A stretch of DNA of 63,786 nt, counting the filler, from Octopus bimaculoides (taxonomy: Eukaryota): the NCBI RefSeq assembly GCF_001194135.2. It is 7 parts of 5 records of this genome, joined end to end, with 100 filler letters (N's around TTAATTAATTAA, not from the genome) between each part and the next. Parts side by side here need not be neighbours in the genome. Positions count along the whole stretch, not along the records: positions 1 to 4,480 come from NC_068987.1; positions 4,581 to 14,058 come from NC_068995.1; 5 more parts are not named here. One strand, 5' to 3'. How positions within the stretch are numbered: the stretch's first letter is position 1; every line of letters starts with the position of its first letter. The notes under the pieces are model-generated. The model was not told the DNA's origin, searched no databases, and worked only from the letters and a program-made list of their open reading frames with translations. Of this stretch, positions 1-11,930 are shown piece by piece. Both the position numbers and the translations under genes were made by a program.

Positions 1-42
<42 letters not shown>

Positions 43-449
43 GAATAAACGTGTATATGTATGCATTGACAGGTAGAGAGAGAGAGGGGTGTGTTTATGT
101 GAGACGTGAATCTCTAGGAATCAGTATCGAATTACCATTGAAGTCATCCAGCAGTAGAAGATTGCTATTACAATGGCATTAATGATCTTTCAAACGGGTG
201 TCACGTGAGATAACAAGGTAGATGAGTACATGCCTTCGTATTAGAAGAGATTTCAAATAATATTATAACGACTATAAAATGGCTGACTCTTCGGTCCATT
301 GTGCTAAAGAGGAAAATACTGCTTAGGTATGCGTCATGTGGTTCTGGCTTCATCACATTACGAAATATACGCCTATATCTTATACATACAGCCACAAATA
401 CACGTAGGTATATATATATAATATGATATGATATATAAAATTTATATAT

Positions 450-931
450 ATGCGCAGGTGTGGCTGTGTGGTAAGTAGCCAGGCGCAGGAGTGGCTGTGC
501 GGTAAGTAGCCAGGCGCAGGAGTGGCTGTGTGGTAAGTAGCTTGCCTACCGACCACATGGTTCCGGGTTCATTCCCACTGCGTGGTTCCTTGGGCAAGTG
601 TCTTCTACTATAGCCTCGGGCCGACCAAAGCCTTATGAGTGAATTTGGTAGTCGGAAACTGAAAGAAGCCCGTCGTATATATGTTTATATATATGTATGT
701 ATGTGTGTGTATATGTCTGTGTGTCTGTGTTTGTCACCACCCCAGCATCACTTAACAACCGATGGTGGTGTGTTTACGTCCCCGTAACTTAGTGGTTCGG
801 CAAAACAGACCGATTAAATAAATACTAAGCTTCCAAAGAATAAGTCCCGGGGTCGATTTGCTCGACTACAAGGCGGTGCTCCAGCATGGCCGCAGTCAAA
901 TGACTGAAACAAGTAAAAGAGTAAAAGAGTA
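450..931 (+). mobile_element. tRNA-derived SINE, family A (Octopus-type), 5' head triplicated
   Basis: Head AGGCGCAGGAGTGGCTGTGTGGTAAG (A-box-like) and GGTTCATTCCC (B-box-like), internal TA/TG microsatellite, 3' tail TGACTGAAACAAGTAAAAGAGTAAAAGAG. The same sequence recurs about 10 times in the window. Confidence 0.9.
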
Positions 932-2597
932 TATGTATAATTATATATGTTATATACACACACATATGTATGTATGTATATATATATATATAAATTTATT
1001 TATGAGGGTAGAAATTGATATTAATCAATTTGAACCAGTGGTCTAGCATATTAAAAAAATCCGAAGATTAAAATTATATTACATACAAAAGTAAGAGGGA
1101 TGACCAGCAAAAGTGGACTCCTATATGCTAGAAATAGATGCCGAATCATCTAACCACGAAAAAAATATATGTTCTCAGTAAAAATTCAGCGACACAACAG
1201 ACTGTAAAAGGGCAAGACAAATGAAAAAATACTAAATAAAAACGATTAACCTACGTACCATGGTTTCACCTGTTAAAATTTACGTAAGTAAATATCTGCA
1301 GGATCGTCAGCGTAGTCTGTCGATTTGCGATGTAATTTCCAGAACTAGACACAGGAGGTCCAACNNNNNNNNNNNNNNNNNNNNNNNNNNNNNNNNNNNN
1401 NNNNNNNNNNNNNNNNNNNNNNNNNNNNNNNNNNNNNNNNNNNNNNNNNNNNNNNNNNNNNNNNNNNNNNNNNNNNNNNNNNNNNNNNNNNNNNNNNNNN
1501 NNNNNNNNNNNNNNNNNNNNNNNNNNNNNNNNNNNNNNNNNNNNNNNNNNNNNNNNNNNNNNNNNNNNNNNNNNNNNNNNNNNNNNNNNNNNNNNNNNNN
1601 NNNNNNNNNNNNNNNNNNNNNNNNNNNNNNNNNNNNNNNNNNNNNNNNNNNNNNNNNNNNNNNNNNNNNNNNNNNNNNNNNNNNNNNNNNNNNNNNNNNN
1701 NNNNNNNNNNNNNNNNNNNNNNNNNNNNNNNNNNNNNNNNNNNNNNNNNNNNNNNNNNNNNATATATATATATATATATATAAACACCTATAGATGTATG
1801 TATATAATCATACAAATACAACTATAAATACGTGTGAATATTCGTGTATGGTTTTGTATGGACACACACACACATTCACACATATGGTTCATAATTATAT
1901 ATACACGTACTGAAAAAATTGTGTGTATGTATGTATGTGTGTGTTTTTATATATGTATTAACACATGCACGCGCATGCGTATACTGAATTCTCTACAAGT
2001 TCTTATATTGTAATATTATAGCGTGTGACGACAAGAATTTGTAATGGTTTTGTTAAACTCTGTTCCTAATTATTGTTGTAACACTTGACGTGTATTTATG
2101 TGTGAATAGGTAAATATTGACATTAGATCATTTACAGATGCACAATTTAACGGAGCCAGGTAAAAGCAGCTCTTACACAATTCACATTATTCTAACATTT
2201 ACAAATATAATGCGACTGAGTTTATACTCTTCAATGTGAGATATTGTCGTTGGTACTGTTGTTTCTACTTACAGAGCAGTCCAGTAATCAGATGATTACC
2301 AGGCGTGTTCTTCCTCTGTGCCAGGAATCCAGCACTATGGTTATCCAATGTCCTCCTTTGCACGATAAGGTGTGACTAAAGGAAGATTTCCGTGGGAATT
2401 AAATTCCTCTAAGTGTACGGTAAAATGCATGATGGTAGAATCAGAGAAGTACAAAGTTTAATGTTAATCCGAGCGGAGTAGTAGTAGTAGTAAAGTGATT
2501 CAGGAGAAGTAGTAAAGATCCGAGAAGGAAGTAGAAAGGAGGTGAAGGTCCGAGAGAGAAGGAAATTCAGTAGAGCATTACTGGCAGCAAACCATAT

Positions 2598-2849
2598 TGG
2601 GTAATCTTCAAGTTTAGGGGGATAAAAAAAATAAAAATATTCAAGGGAAGTAACTGAACGTCTTACCAGTATTCTCCGTACATCTGTTTATAAATAAATC
2701 ACACACGTGATTTGATTGACGTTAGGGTTAGGGTGTGATTTATTTATAAACAGCTAGAAGAAAACGGAAAAAACTGGTAAGTCGTTCAGTTATTTCCCTT
2801 GAATATTTTTATTTATTTTTTTTATCCCCCTAAACTTGAAGATTACCCC
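2598..2849. mobile_element. Palindromic MITE (non-autonomous DNA transposon) with ATAT target-site duplication
   Basis: Arms 2598-2704 and 2733-2849 are reverse complements ((T/G)GGGTAATCTTCAAGTTTAGGGGG ... CCCCCTAAACTTGAAGATTACCCC). ATAT flanks both ends (2594-2597, 2850-2853). Confidence 0.85.
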
Positions 2850-3025
2850 ATATTGAATAAAATACGATACAATAGTTTATACGGTATGTCTAAAATTTGG
2901 CGAAAGGACTTTTATAGAAAAAAAAACAAAGAATGAAGCAAGCTATTTCTGTCGGACATTCTGAAACCTCTCCTCCCCACCATCTGTCAGAATAGTTTAA
3001 AGCGTTATGTATTCTGCTTAGAAAT

Positions 3026-3412
3026 GGAGGCGCAATGGCTCAGTGGTTAGAGCAGCGGAGTCGCAGTCATAGGATCGCGGTTTCGATTCCCAGACCGGGC
3101 GTTGTGAGGGTTTATTGAGCGAAAACATCTAAAGCTCCACGAGGCTCCGGCAGGGGATGATGGCGAACCCTGCTGTACTCTTCCACCACAACTTTCTCTC
3201 GCTCTTACAGGCACAACAGAAACAGGAAGTAATTCAAAGAGTCAGCCTTGTCACACTGTCACGCTGAATATCCCCGAGAACTATGTTACGGGTACACGTG
3301 TCTGTGGAGTGCTCAGCCACTTGCACGTTAATTTCACGAGCAGGCTGTTCCGTTGATCGGATCAACTGGAACCCTCGACGTCGTAAGCGACGGAGTGCCA
3401 ACAAAAAACAAT
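3026..3412 (+). mobile_element. tRNA-derived SINE, family B
   Basis: tRNA-like head TGGCTCAGTGGTTAG ... GGTTTCGATTCC, and body homologous to the copy at 17531-17835. Ends in a CAA/A-rich tail. Confidence 0.85.
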
Positions 3413-3478
3413 TCTCCTTAGAAAAATTCCTGCTGTTTCCACTCAGCAATTCTTAACCAGTTCTTTATTATATTTCAC

Positions 3479-4480
3479 TGTAACGTACCATTTTAGTACA
3501 AAATCGGTTTTCGAACCTCGGATCTCGAACCTTAGCATAAATAAATCTAATCTCAAAGCAACCATTTAAACTAAAAGTTCATGAAACAAAACGGCTGCCG
3601 GACTACATCAATAATTATAGTTAAAAAATTAAATAGTTAAGCAAAAAGTTAGTTTGCTTTAAATTCACACAAAACTGCTTCATATAATCATGTTGAATAA
3701 CCAATAGACAAAATTTGCACTAGCAATGTTAAAGCGTTTAGCTGGAGTGGTCACATCAGCCTCCTCAGAATCTATTTGATTCACTTTTGATTTCAGTTCT
3801 AACACTTGAAGTTCATGCGCCTGCTTCTCTCTACCGGTGGCACGTTTTTCTTGCTCCAAACTAATTTGCAGTCTTAACTTTTCAAGTTCACAAGCCATCA
3901 TTTTTTTCACTAGATGATAATTGAGAGGTGGCTGAATCAGAGGGTCTCATCACTGATAGCAGACATTTTACCCTCAACAATTAGGGCCTGTTTCACATAC
4001 GAAAAGATTACACTTTTAAGATTACTTGCAAATACCTCTAAACCAAGTTTGGCACTCATCTCTACAAGCGCATCCTTGTTTAACTGCTGCAGTTCCCTCA
4101 AATTGATGGTATCTTTCTGCAGTAAGGCTTCTGCCATGGTGCACTCCATGACTACTGTAGTTTACAGTATGGTAAGACACCAGTAAAACGGGTTTACAAA
4201 TAATATCACAATGGTAATATTTGACAAAAAGCTCTTTAAAAATTTACAATTGGTTTTTCAAAATGATGGATTCCAAAAATCTGGATTTCCATTTTAGTAC
4301 AAATTTGGTTTTCGAACCTTGGATTTCGAACCTCGGACCTAAACATAATTAAATCTAATGTCAAAGCAACCATTTAAACTAAAAGTTCTTGACACAAAAC
4401 GGCTGCCGGACTATATCAATAATTATAGTTAAAAAAATTAGATAGTCAAACAAAAAGCTAGTTTGTTTTAAATTCACACA
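3479..4480 (-). mobile_element. Deleted LTR-retrotransposon relic (Gypsy-like): two ~190-bp direct repeats around a gag 5' fragment
   Basis: 3488-3671 and 4289-4480 are diverged direct repeats. The lower copy ends in a canonical ...GTTACA on the minus strand (TGTAAC at 3479). A gap follows 4480. Confidence 0.5.
3720..4149 (-). pseudogene. Gypsy (Gmr1-like) gag N-terminal fragment, interrupted
   Basis: ELQQLNKDALVEMSAKLGLEV..LKSVI..VKQALIVEG, then a coiled coil (ELEKLRLQ..EKR..HELQVLELK), then RFNIAS. This pattern resembles the N-terminus of Gmr1-type Gag from memory. Split into two ORFs by a stop. Confidence 0.55.
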
Positions 4481-4524
4481 NNNNNNNNNNNNNNNNNNNN
4501 NNNNNNNNNNNNNNNNNNNNNNNN

Positions 4525-4536
4525 TTAATTAATTAA
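4525..4536. other. Assembly spacer TTAATTAATTAA inside a 100-bp gap (also at 14103, 17170, 33002, 40718, 58108)
   Basis: The same palindromic 12-mer, giving stops in all six frames, recurs six times inside N-gaps; where counted (4525, 14103) it is flanked by 44 N on both sides. Confidence 0.97.
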
Positions 4537-4580
4537 NNNNNNNNNNNNNNNNNNNNNNNNNNNNNNNNNNNNNNNNNNNN

Positions 4581-4612
<32 letters not shown>

Positions 4613-4944
4613 TTACACAATTGAATTTAGCATCGACAAAAGTACGTTTAATCTAATATTAACCACGGCCGCGTAAGAAACTGAGACGTCGCCGTTTAAC
4701 ATGCTGAAAATAGCAGCCAAATCTCGGTCGAAGAAGAAAAAAAAATTTTTTAAAAAATTTACTGGACAATAGATATGTAGTACAGGGTACATTATTCGTC
4801 GTTCAAAATATACATGTGATATGGGATGGGCATATCCTGAATCTTTTTGATCATAATTCTCTTGTAGGAGCCGACTATGAACTCAACAACCGTAAACAAC
4901 AACAACAACAACAGCTACAACAACAACAGAAAATAACAACTCTC

Positions 4945-5101
4945 TCTTTTGTAGGCACAAGGTCTGAAATTTCAAGGAAGAGGATTGGTCTCTTATGTCC
5001 AGCAAGTAAAGTAGACTCCGGCGGCATTTGAACTCAGAACTTGAAAACAGATGAAATACCATTACGCATTTCTGTGAGCTCGCCGCCTTTCGCTCACCGC
5101 C
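4945..5101 (-). mobile_element. SINE family C fragment
   Basis: Reverse complement contains GTTCTGAGTTCAAATGCCGCC and the CCTTGTGCCTAC tail shared with 11290-11504. Confidence 0.65.
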
Positions 5102-5169
5102 TAATAATGATGATAATGATGATGATGATAATATTAATAATAATAATAATAATAATAATNNNNNNNNNN

Positions 5170-5204
<35 letters not shown>

Positions 5205-5477
5205 TATATATATACATAGGTATTTCTGGTTAAACTGCATTGAAATTACCTTTAGAAATTAAAATATGTCACAAACATCTGAAGTACCCTAAAATTTGTC
5301 TCGTATCACTAACTAGCGCTGTAAATAATATTAATGGTATTTTTTTATATAAGCTTAAAGCTTATAGCGACAACCGTGCAATGACTAAAGAAAATAGTCT
5401 AATAAAGGGGCATATTAGCCTTCGACAAAAAAGAAGGCTTTCCTATAGTTAAGATAAACACACACATACACAAACAT

Positions 5478-5585
5478 ATACAGGCTCGAAACGTAAAATA
5501 CTTTCTCACTTTCCCGAGCGTTAAACTAATACATCTGCTCGTTGCATATACACCTGTCTACATCTTTTGTTTTTCAGTAAATTTC

Positions 5586-5590
<5 letters not shown>
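5478..5590 (+). mobile_element. Penelope-like terminal fragment (partial hammerhead-like GGCTCGAAACGTA)
   Basis: Homologous to 56548-56650 (CTCGAAACGT...GAGCGTTAAACTAAT.CATCTG...TGTAAATTT). Confidence 0.55.
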
Positions 5591-5620
<30 letters not shown>

Positions 5621-6314
5621 AGAATAAGGGCAGGGAATCGTCAATTAATAATAGAATTAATAATTAACAATTTTGCCAAGTAGTTCAGTATGAAAAAACC
5701 TTTATCGGTAAAACCATTTATCATCATAAATATACAGGGATTAGCATTGAGTTGCTTCTCCAACATACTGAAAATTTAGAAATAGCAGTCAAAGAACTAC
5801 TGATTCTAAACTACAAATTTTTCTCTAAATGGATGGCGATATTTATGGCACACATAGAACAAAAAACCGGAGGGGAAAGCATAANNNNNNNNNNNNNNNN
5901 NNNNNNNNNNNNNNNNNNNNNNNNNNNNNNNNNNNNNNNNNNNNNNNNNNNNNNNNNNNNNNNNNNNNNNNNNNNNNNNNNNNNNNNNNNNNNNNNNNNN
6001 NNNNNNNNNNNNNNNNNNNNNNNNNNNNNNNNNNNNNNNNNNNNNNNNNNNNNNNNNNNNNNNNNNNNNNNNNNNNNNNNNNNNNNNNNNNNNNNNNNNN
6101 NNNNNNNNNNNNNNNNNNNNNNNNNNNNNNNNNNNNNNNNNNNNNNNNNNNNNNNNNNNNNNNNNNNNNNNNNNNNNNNNNNNNNNNNNNNNNNNNNNNN
6201 NNNNNNNNNNNNNNNNNNNNNNNNNNNNNNNNNNNNNNNNNNNNNNNNNNNNNNNNNNNNNNNNNNNNNNNNNNNNNNNNNNNNNNNNNNATCTTTTGTT
6301 TTTCAGTAAATTTC

Positions 6315-6349
<35 letters not shown>

Positions 6350-6448
6350 AGAATAAGGGCAGGGAATCGTCAATTAATAATAGAATTAATAATTAACAAT
6401 TTTGCCAAGTAGTTCAGTATGAAAAAACCTTTATCGGTAAAACCATTT

Positions 6449-6795
6449 ATCATCATAAATATACAGGGATTAGCATTGAGTTGCTTCTCCAACATACTGA
6501 AAATTTAGAAATAGCAGTCAAAGAACTACTGATTCTAAACTACAAATTTTTCTCTAAATGGATGGCGATATTTATGGCACACATAGAACAAAAAACCGGA
6601 GAGGAAAGCATAAACAAAACAAGTCTTTAGTTAATCGGATACGATCGTTTCATGGTTCTAAGTGTGCCATAAATATCGCCATCCATTTAGAGAAAAATTT
6701 GTAGTTTAGAATCAGTAGTTCTTTGACTGCTATTTCTAAATTTTCAGTATGTTGGAGAAGCAACTCAATGCTAATCCCTGTATATTTATGATGAT
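6449..6795. repeat. Near-perfect inverted repeat, 141-bp arms, 65-bp loop
   Basis: 6449-6589 versus the reverse complement of 6655-6795 shows one mismatch by manual alignment. The same peptide appears in the ORF track on both strands. Confidence 0.92.
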
Positions 6796-7127
6796 ATATA
6801 TATATATATATAGCTTCTATACACTGGTGCATCTTTCGCGGATGTATTTCGACGAACGTTGTAACCCAACGCAATAAAATTGCACAATTGGTGCTTTTTG
6901 AATAATAATAAAAATATTCTGTATGTTATTTGTTCTGCCTGAATTATCCAGATAATCCCTTGTTTCTGAGGCTGACTTGTAATGCAATGAACCAGTTATT
7001 ACTGGCTCGTAAAGATCCGGCAATCAATTACGTACCGCTATTCATCGAATGCGATATTGTATTAGATATAAAAGAGTGTATATTTTGAACGTGCGTGCGT
7101 GTGTACGTGTATGTATCAATGTGCATG

Positions 7128-7162
<35 letters not shown>

Positions 7163-7261
7163 GTTTGAATTCTGACCTGCTGTGGTGTCGGTTGAAAATG
7201 GAACAGAGACATTCCTTGCCGCTTCTCCTTATCATAAAGACAACAGTGACGGTAAACATTC

Positions 7262-7264
7262 CAA

Positions 7265-7328
<64 letters not shown>

Positions 7329-7537
7329 TTACTACTACTACTAGCACCTGCAGTAGTAGTTGTAGTAGTAAAATAATCGCAAAAGCTAAAATGTTTTTCT
7401 CTTGGCCCTCATCACGATTTTCAGTGAAATTCGATGATAATAGTTAAGATATTAATGAAATGGTAAATTAGAGTGTTTGCAGTACAAATTATTACTATTA
7501 TTATTATCATCATCATTATTATTGTTGTTGTTGTTGC

Positions 7538-7621
<84 letters not shown>

Positions 7622-7640
7622 TGTTGTTGTTGCTGTTGTT
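7262..7640. repeat. Trinucleotide microsatellites (CTA)n and (ATT)n/(GTT)n
   Basis: Directly visible. Confidence 0.95.
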
Positions 7641-8242
7641 GTCATTTCCTCTTATCAAATCGTCATACATTCTTTTATTTTAGCAGTTCGTTTAGAATTC
7701 AGCGCATCTAATTGCATCACACGACGGTATAGTCTTATTTTATGATAATTAGTTTGTAGCGGCGATAAAAGGCAGAACCGACGAAGAAGAAGAGCAACAA
7801 CAAACGAAAACAAAGAAAACGAACGAAAATAAGTAAAACTGGAAAGATTTTTTTTTTTTAAATGGAATAAATAAATGCACGAACAGAAGAATAAATCGAA
7901 AGACAAATATATGNNNNNNNNNNNNNNNNNNNNNNNNNNNNNNNNNNNNNNNNNNNNNNNNNNNNNNNNNNNNNNNNNNNNNNNNNNNNNNNNNNNNNNN
8001 NNNNNNNNNNNNNNNNNNNNNNNNNNNNNNNNNNNNNNNNNNNNNNNNNNNNNNNNNNNNNNNNNNNNNNNNNNNAAATGGTGGGGGTGCGTGGGGTGCG
8101 AACAATAAGGTTGGAGGCCGTGGCGGGGAGACGGGAGGAGAGGATGAGGTCATGGATAGTGGAGGACACAGTCTGTTGGTAGCTGAGCGTGGGGTCGGAG
8201 GGCAGAGGGCGGTAGAATGAGGTATCTCGAAGTTGACGGAGA

Positions 8243-8617
8243 GCTTACCAACCACATGGTTCCGGGTTCATTCCCACTGCGTGGCATCTTGCGCAAGTGT
8301 CTTCTACTATAGCCTCGGGCCGACTAAAGCCTTCTGAGTGGATTTGGTAGACGGAAAATAAAACAAGCCCGTCGTATATATGTATAAATATATATATTCA
8401 TGTATGTGTGCGTATATTTTTGTGTGTCTGTGCTTGTCCCCCCAAAATCGCTTGACAACCGATGGTGGTGTGTTTACATCCCCGTAACCTAGCGGTTCGG
8501 CAAAGAATAAGTACTAAGCATCCAAAGAATAAGTCCTGGCGTTTATTTGCTCGACTAAAGGCAGTGCTCCAACATGGCCGCAGTCAAATGACTGAAACAA
8601 GTAAAAGAGTAAAAGAC
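8243..8617 (+). mobile_element. SINE family A, head truncated
   Basis: Matches the 540-931 sequence, including the internal microsatellite and GTAAAAGA tail. Confidence 0.9.
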
Positions 8618-9448
8618 TAAAGGAAACTGTGGGCAAGATGGCGAGCTGGCTGAATCATTTGTTCCTTCGTACGTATTACCACTGCGGTTGTTTAGAAGTC
8701 AGCATTGCCTGATTCAAGAGTAATTGGGCGCTTAACTACGACTGATCGTTAGGGAAGACTTTATAACATTATTTGCAACTGAATGAGTCACTAGTGAAGT
8801 TTTGTGGTCCCGTTTTATCAAGCGAGGGATAACATCCAACTGTTGATTTCTATTTATAACTTATCTTCATTACCCAAAAGGCTGGTCTACGAAAAATAAA
8901 AAAAAATTACACCCTCCTACCTAATGAACAGACAATAGTTCTGATTTGAAATGAAAATTAGTAAATAAATGAATATATTTGTGATAAGATCATAAACATT
9001 ATCACGAAGAAACGGATGTAAAAAGGAGCATACAATGAATACCTAACAGGTACTCTTAGATATCAGAAGCGCAGGGGTTGAAAGACTGATGATGTAAGAG
9101 CAAGCCATTCTAAGGAACAGGTGAGCTGAAGGTGTTCTATATTTATAAACATGACAGAGAAACGTGACACAGAAGGAAAGGTAAGTTTGGTGAATTTCTG
9201 GGCAATGGGGACTGGAGACAATACCTTTAGATTTGATAAAGATTAGTTGTATTCTGTAGAGACCTATTAATTAAGGGATGTTGACTGAGGAATATTTAGA
9301 AGTGAATACGGATTAGGTTAAATGCGGCCTTACTGGACTACTGAACGACTAGACGCGTTTATGCGTCTCATATATATGTATATATGCACGCAAATGCATA
9401 TATACTTACATATGCTTAGACATACACAAACACACACGCGAAAACATT

Positions 9449-9506
<58 letters not shown>

Positions 9507-10042
9507 CTATACTTCGTATACAAGAGGAAGAGTACCCAACCCAAAATAGTGTACAGAATGTAATAATGCATTTATACAATGGCGGCTACGTAGAAGAAAG
9601 AGATAGAAAAGGAGACAGAAACCGAGCATATACGCCCTCTCTCTCTCTCTCTCTCTCGTGCGCGCGCGAGAGAGATAGATAGATAGAGAGAGAGAAAGAG
9701 AGATGTGTGGGAAGTAGAGGCATTTGTGCGTAGAATAAGATGTCCCTTGTTTATCAAGAATCACAGATTATATCGGAGCTTAGTGTGCAAAAGGGTTCGC
9801 GCTTTAGGAAACATTTCAAGTATTTTTGCTTAAGGATATGATAAACCTCGTCCCGGATGCGATTTATAACAGAACAATGTAGGCGTAGCGCGAAAACAGA
9901 TTTCGGTTATGTATACAACACGTATATATTAAGATAATATACGTACTTTTGTACATATAGACACATATAGGCACGCACAGATCCGCTTACATAACACACG
10001 CAAGCACACTCACACGCACATACCCCCCCACACACACACATA

Positions 10043-10444
10043 TTCTTTTCTTTTAATTGTTTCAGTCATGTGACTGCAGCCATGCTGGAGCAATGCCTTT
10101 AGTCGAACAAATCGACCCCAGGACTTATTCTTCGTAAGTCTGGTACTTATTCTATCAGTCTCTTCCACCGAACCGCTACGTTACGGAGACGTAAACACAC
10201 CAGCATCGGTTTTCAACCGATGGTGAAGGGACAAGCACAGAAACACACACAAATATATACACAAATATATATATATATATACGACGGGCTTCTTTCAGTT
10301 TCCGTCTACCAAATCTACTCAAAAGGCTTTGGTCGGCCTGAGGCTATAGTAGAAGTCACTTGCCCAAGGTGTCACGCACTGGGACTGAACCCGGAACCAC
10401 ATCGCTGGTAAGCAAGCTACCTATCACATAGCCACTCCTGTGCC
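10043..10444 (-). mobile_element. SINE family A, full length
   Basis: Reverse complement of family A from head (GGCACAGGAGTGGCT) to tail. Confidence 0.9.
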
Positions 10445-10712
10445 ACATGTATATATGATCAATTCAAATAAACAAACAATTAAAGAACAAAGAAGAAAAA
10501 GAAAAACGAACGTGCACAAGAAATATATTAATATGACGCTCGGTCGGTGAAGGGAGAGAGTCGTAGTTAACATTTCGAGCATGGCTCTTCGTCGGAAACA
10601 GGAAAGTCCAAAGTTCACGCCTTAGACACGATACTAAAGTCTGCAAGATCCTGTTATCAATTGGAAACATCTGAAGAAGCAGTGATATCAATAGGCTTTA
10701 TTTACGAAGAGA

Positions 10713-11930
10713 TTAAGGCAGTAGAAGACTGACATTAGTGCAGACAGCCTTCGAATGTCGTATAGTCTCTCTCAGACAGTAGCTACTAGACAACAGCGTC
10801 AGAAATAAATATATGAACCTCGTGTTGAAAGAGAATATAACAGCATCCTACGTGTCAGCAGTGAGCTCCACAGGAAGAACTCTCTTCCTGATGACCTACC
10901 GTGGAATCCCAAAACGGCCGGACTAACGTGAGTCCAAGAAGATGGGAATGTGAAGCACTCAACATACACAAAAAAAATCTATGTATGGCTATGTTATCCG
11001 AAGACCTGAAGATGACAGCAGTATCGACATGATGCGCAGTCTCTCTTGGACTCGCGACCGTTACATCACGTCACACTTCGAAGGTTATGCATTTTCTATC
11101 CAAGAACAGGAGATTGAAATAAAATACCGATTGAGTAAAAGAGTTAGCAAAACCCGAAACTATAGATTATGTCACATCTCTGTGGAAGATATCACGCATG
11201 TGATCAGTAGCTGCCCAAAAAAAGATTATCAACGTACTTCCTCTTTATCTGACACGACGTGGTCGCTAAACCGATATATACAATATACAGAGGCGGAGCT
11301 GGCAGAAACGTTAGCACACCGGGCGAAATGCTTAGCGGTATTTCGTCTGACTTTACGTTCTGAGTTCAAATTCCGCTGAGGTCGACTTTGCCTTTCATCC
11401 TTTCGGGGTCGATAAATTAAGTACCAGTTGCGTAGTGGGGTCGATCTAATCGATTGGCCTCCACTCCCTCCAAAATTTCAGGCCTTGTGCCTAGAGTAGA
11501 AACAAATATACAATGCCATCCAAAACAGAAAGAAAAGGGATGTCCTGGAATAACTATGAGAACACCACTGACATTAAACAACAGCACATGTAATATTGGT
11601 GGGACATTCTCATCAAAGCTTCTATCAAATGTAAGCATAACAGGCTGGATATCTTTGTTTGGGGTAGACAAGAAAAATTATGTATCACCATAGAGGTCAG
11701 CTGTTCTGCTCATGTGAATGTCTTCTCGAAAATCAAAGAGAAAGGCGAAAACTGTGAACAACTGCTTCTAAACCTCCATTTTCAAAACCCGGATTACAAA
11801 TTCACATTAATACCAATAATAATCGGTGCTCGTTGTGCAAGAAAATGCCTAATGACAATTTGTAAAAGCTTAGGTTTTCAGAAGAAGTAATCAACCAGCA
11901 AATGCATACATTATAAATACAATCTTTAAG
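10713..11930 (+). mobile_element. R4/Dong-clade non-LTR retrotransposon 3' fragment (CCHC plus RLE), decayed, interrupted by a SINE
   Basis: Translations: SHFEGYAFSIQEQEI, (C)RLCHISVEDITHVISSCP (zinc knuckle), WWDILIKASIKCKHNRLDIFVWG..KLCITIEVSC, and PIIIGA. These match an RLE-type C-terminus. Frameshifted. Confidence 0.8.
11290..11504 (+). mobile_element. SINE family C with 8-bp TSD
   Basis: AATATACA at 11282-11289 and 11505-11512. Head GGCGGAGCTGGCAGAAACGTTAG with B-box-like GAGTTCAAATTCC. Confidence 0.9.

Noticed and set aside
450-540. CRISPR-like appearance of 31-bp repeats (also 30-bp repeats at 50741-50824)
   Set aside because: The repeats are contiguous with no spacers, there are no cas genes, and the context is eukaryotic.
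2722-2733. Interstitial telomere
   Set aside because: There are only two TTAGGG units, and they lie inside a MITE spacer.
3026-3100. tRNA genes at SINE heads (3026, 17531, 25505, 26752, 33235)
   Set aside because: They have A/B-box similarity but no complete cloverleaf that I could see, and most continue directly into SINE bodies.
4481-4580. Recurrent palindrome TTAATTAATTAA (six occurrences) as a biological motif
   Set aside because: It always sits inside an N-gap (44 N + 12 + 44 N = 100 bp where counted) and encodes stops in all six frames, so it is a scaffolding spacer.
5562-6612. Direct duplication 5562-5884 / 6291-6612
   Set aside because: The copies are nearly identical and sit on either side of an N-gap. 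This is most likely an unmerged contig overlap or a second haplotype.
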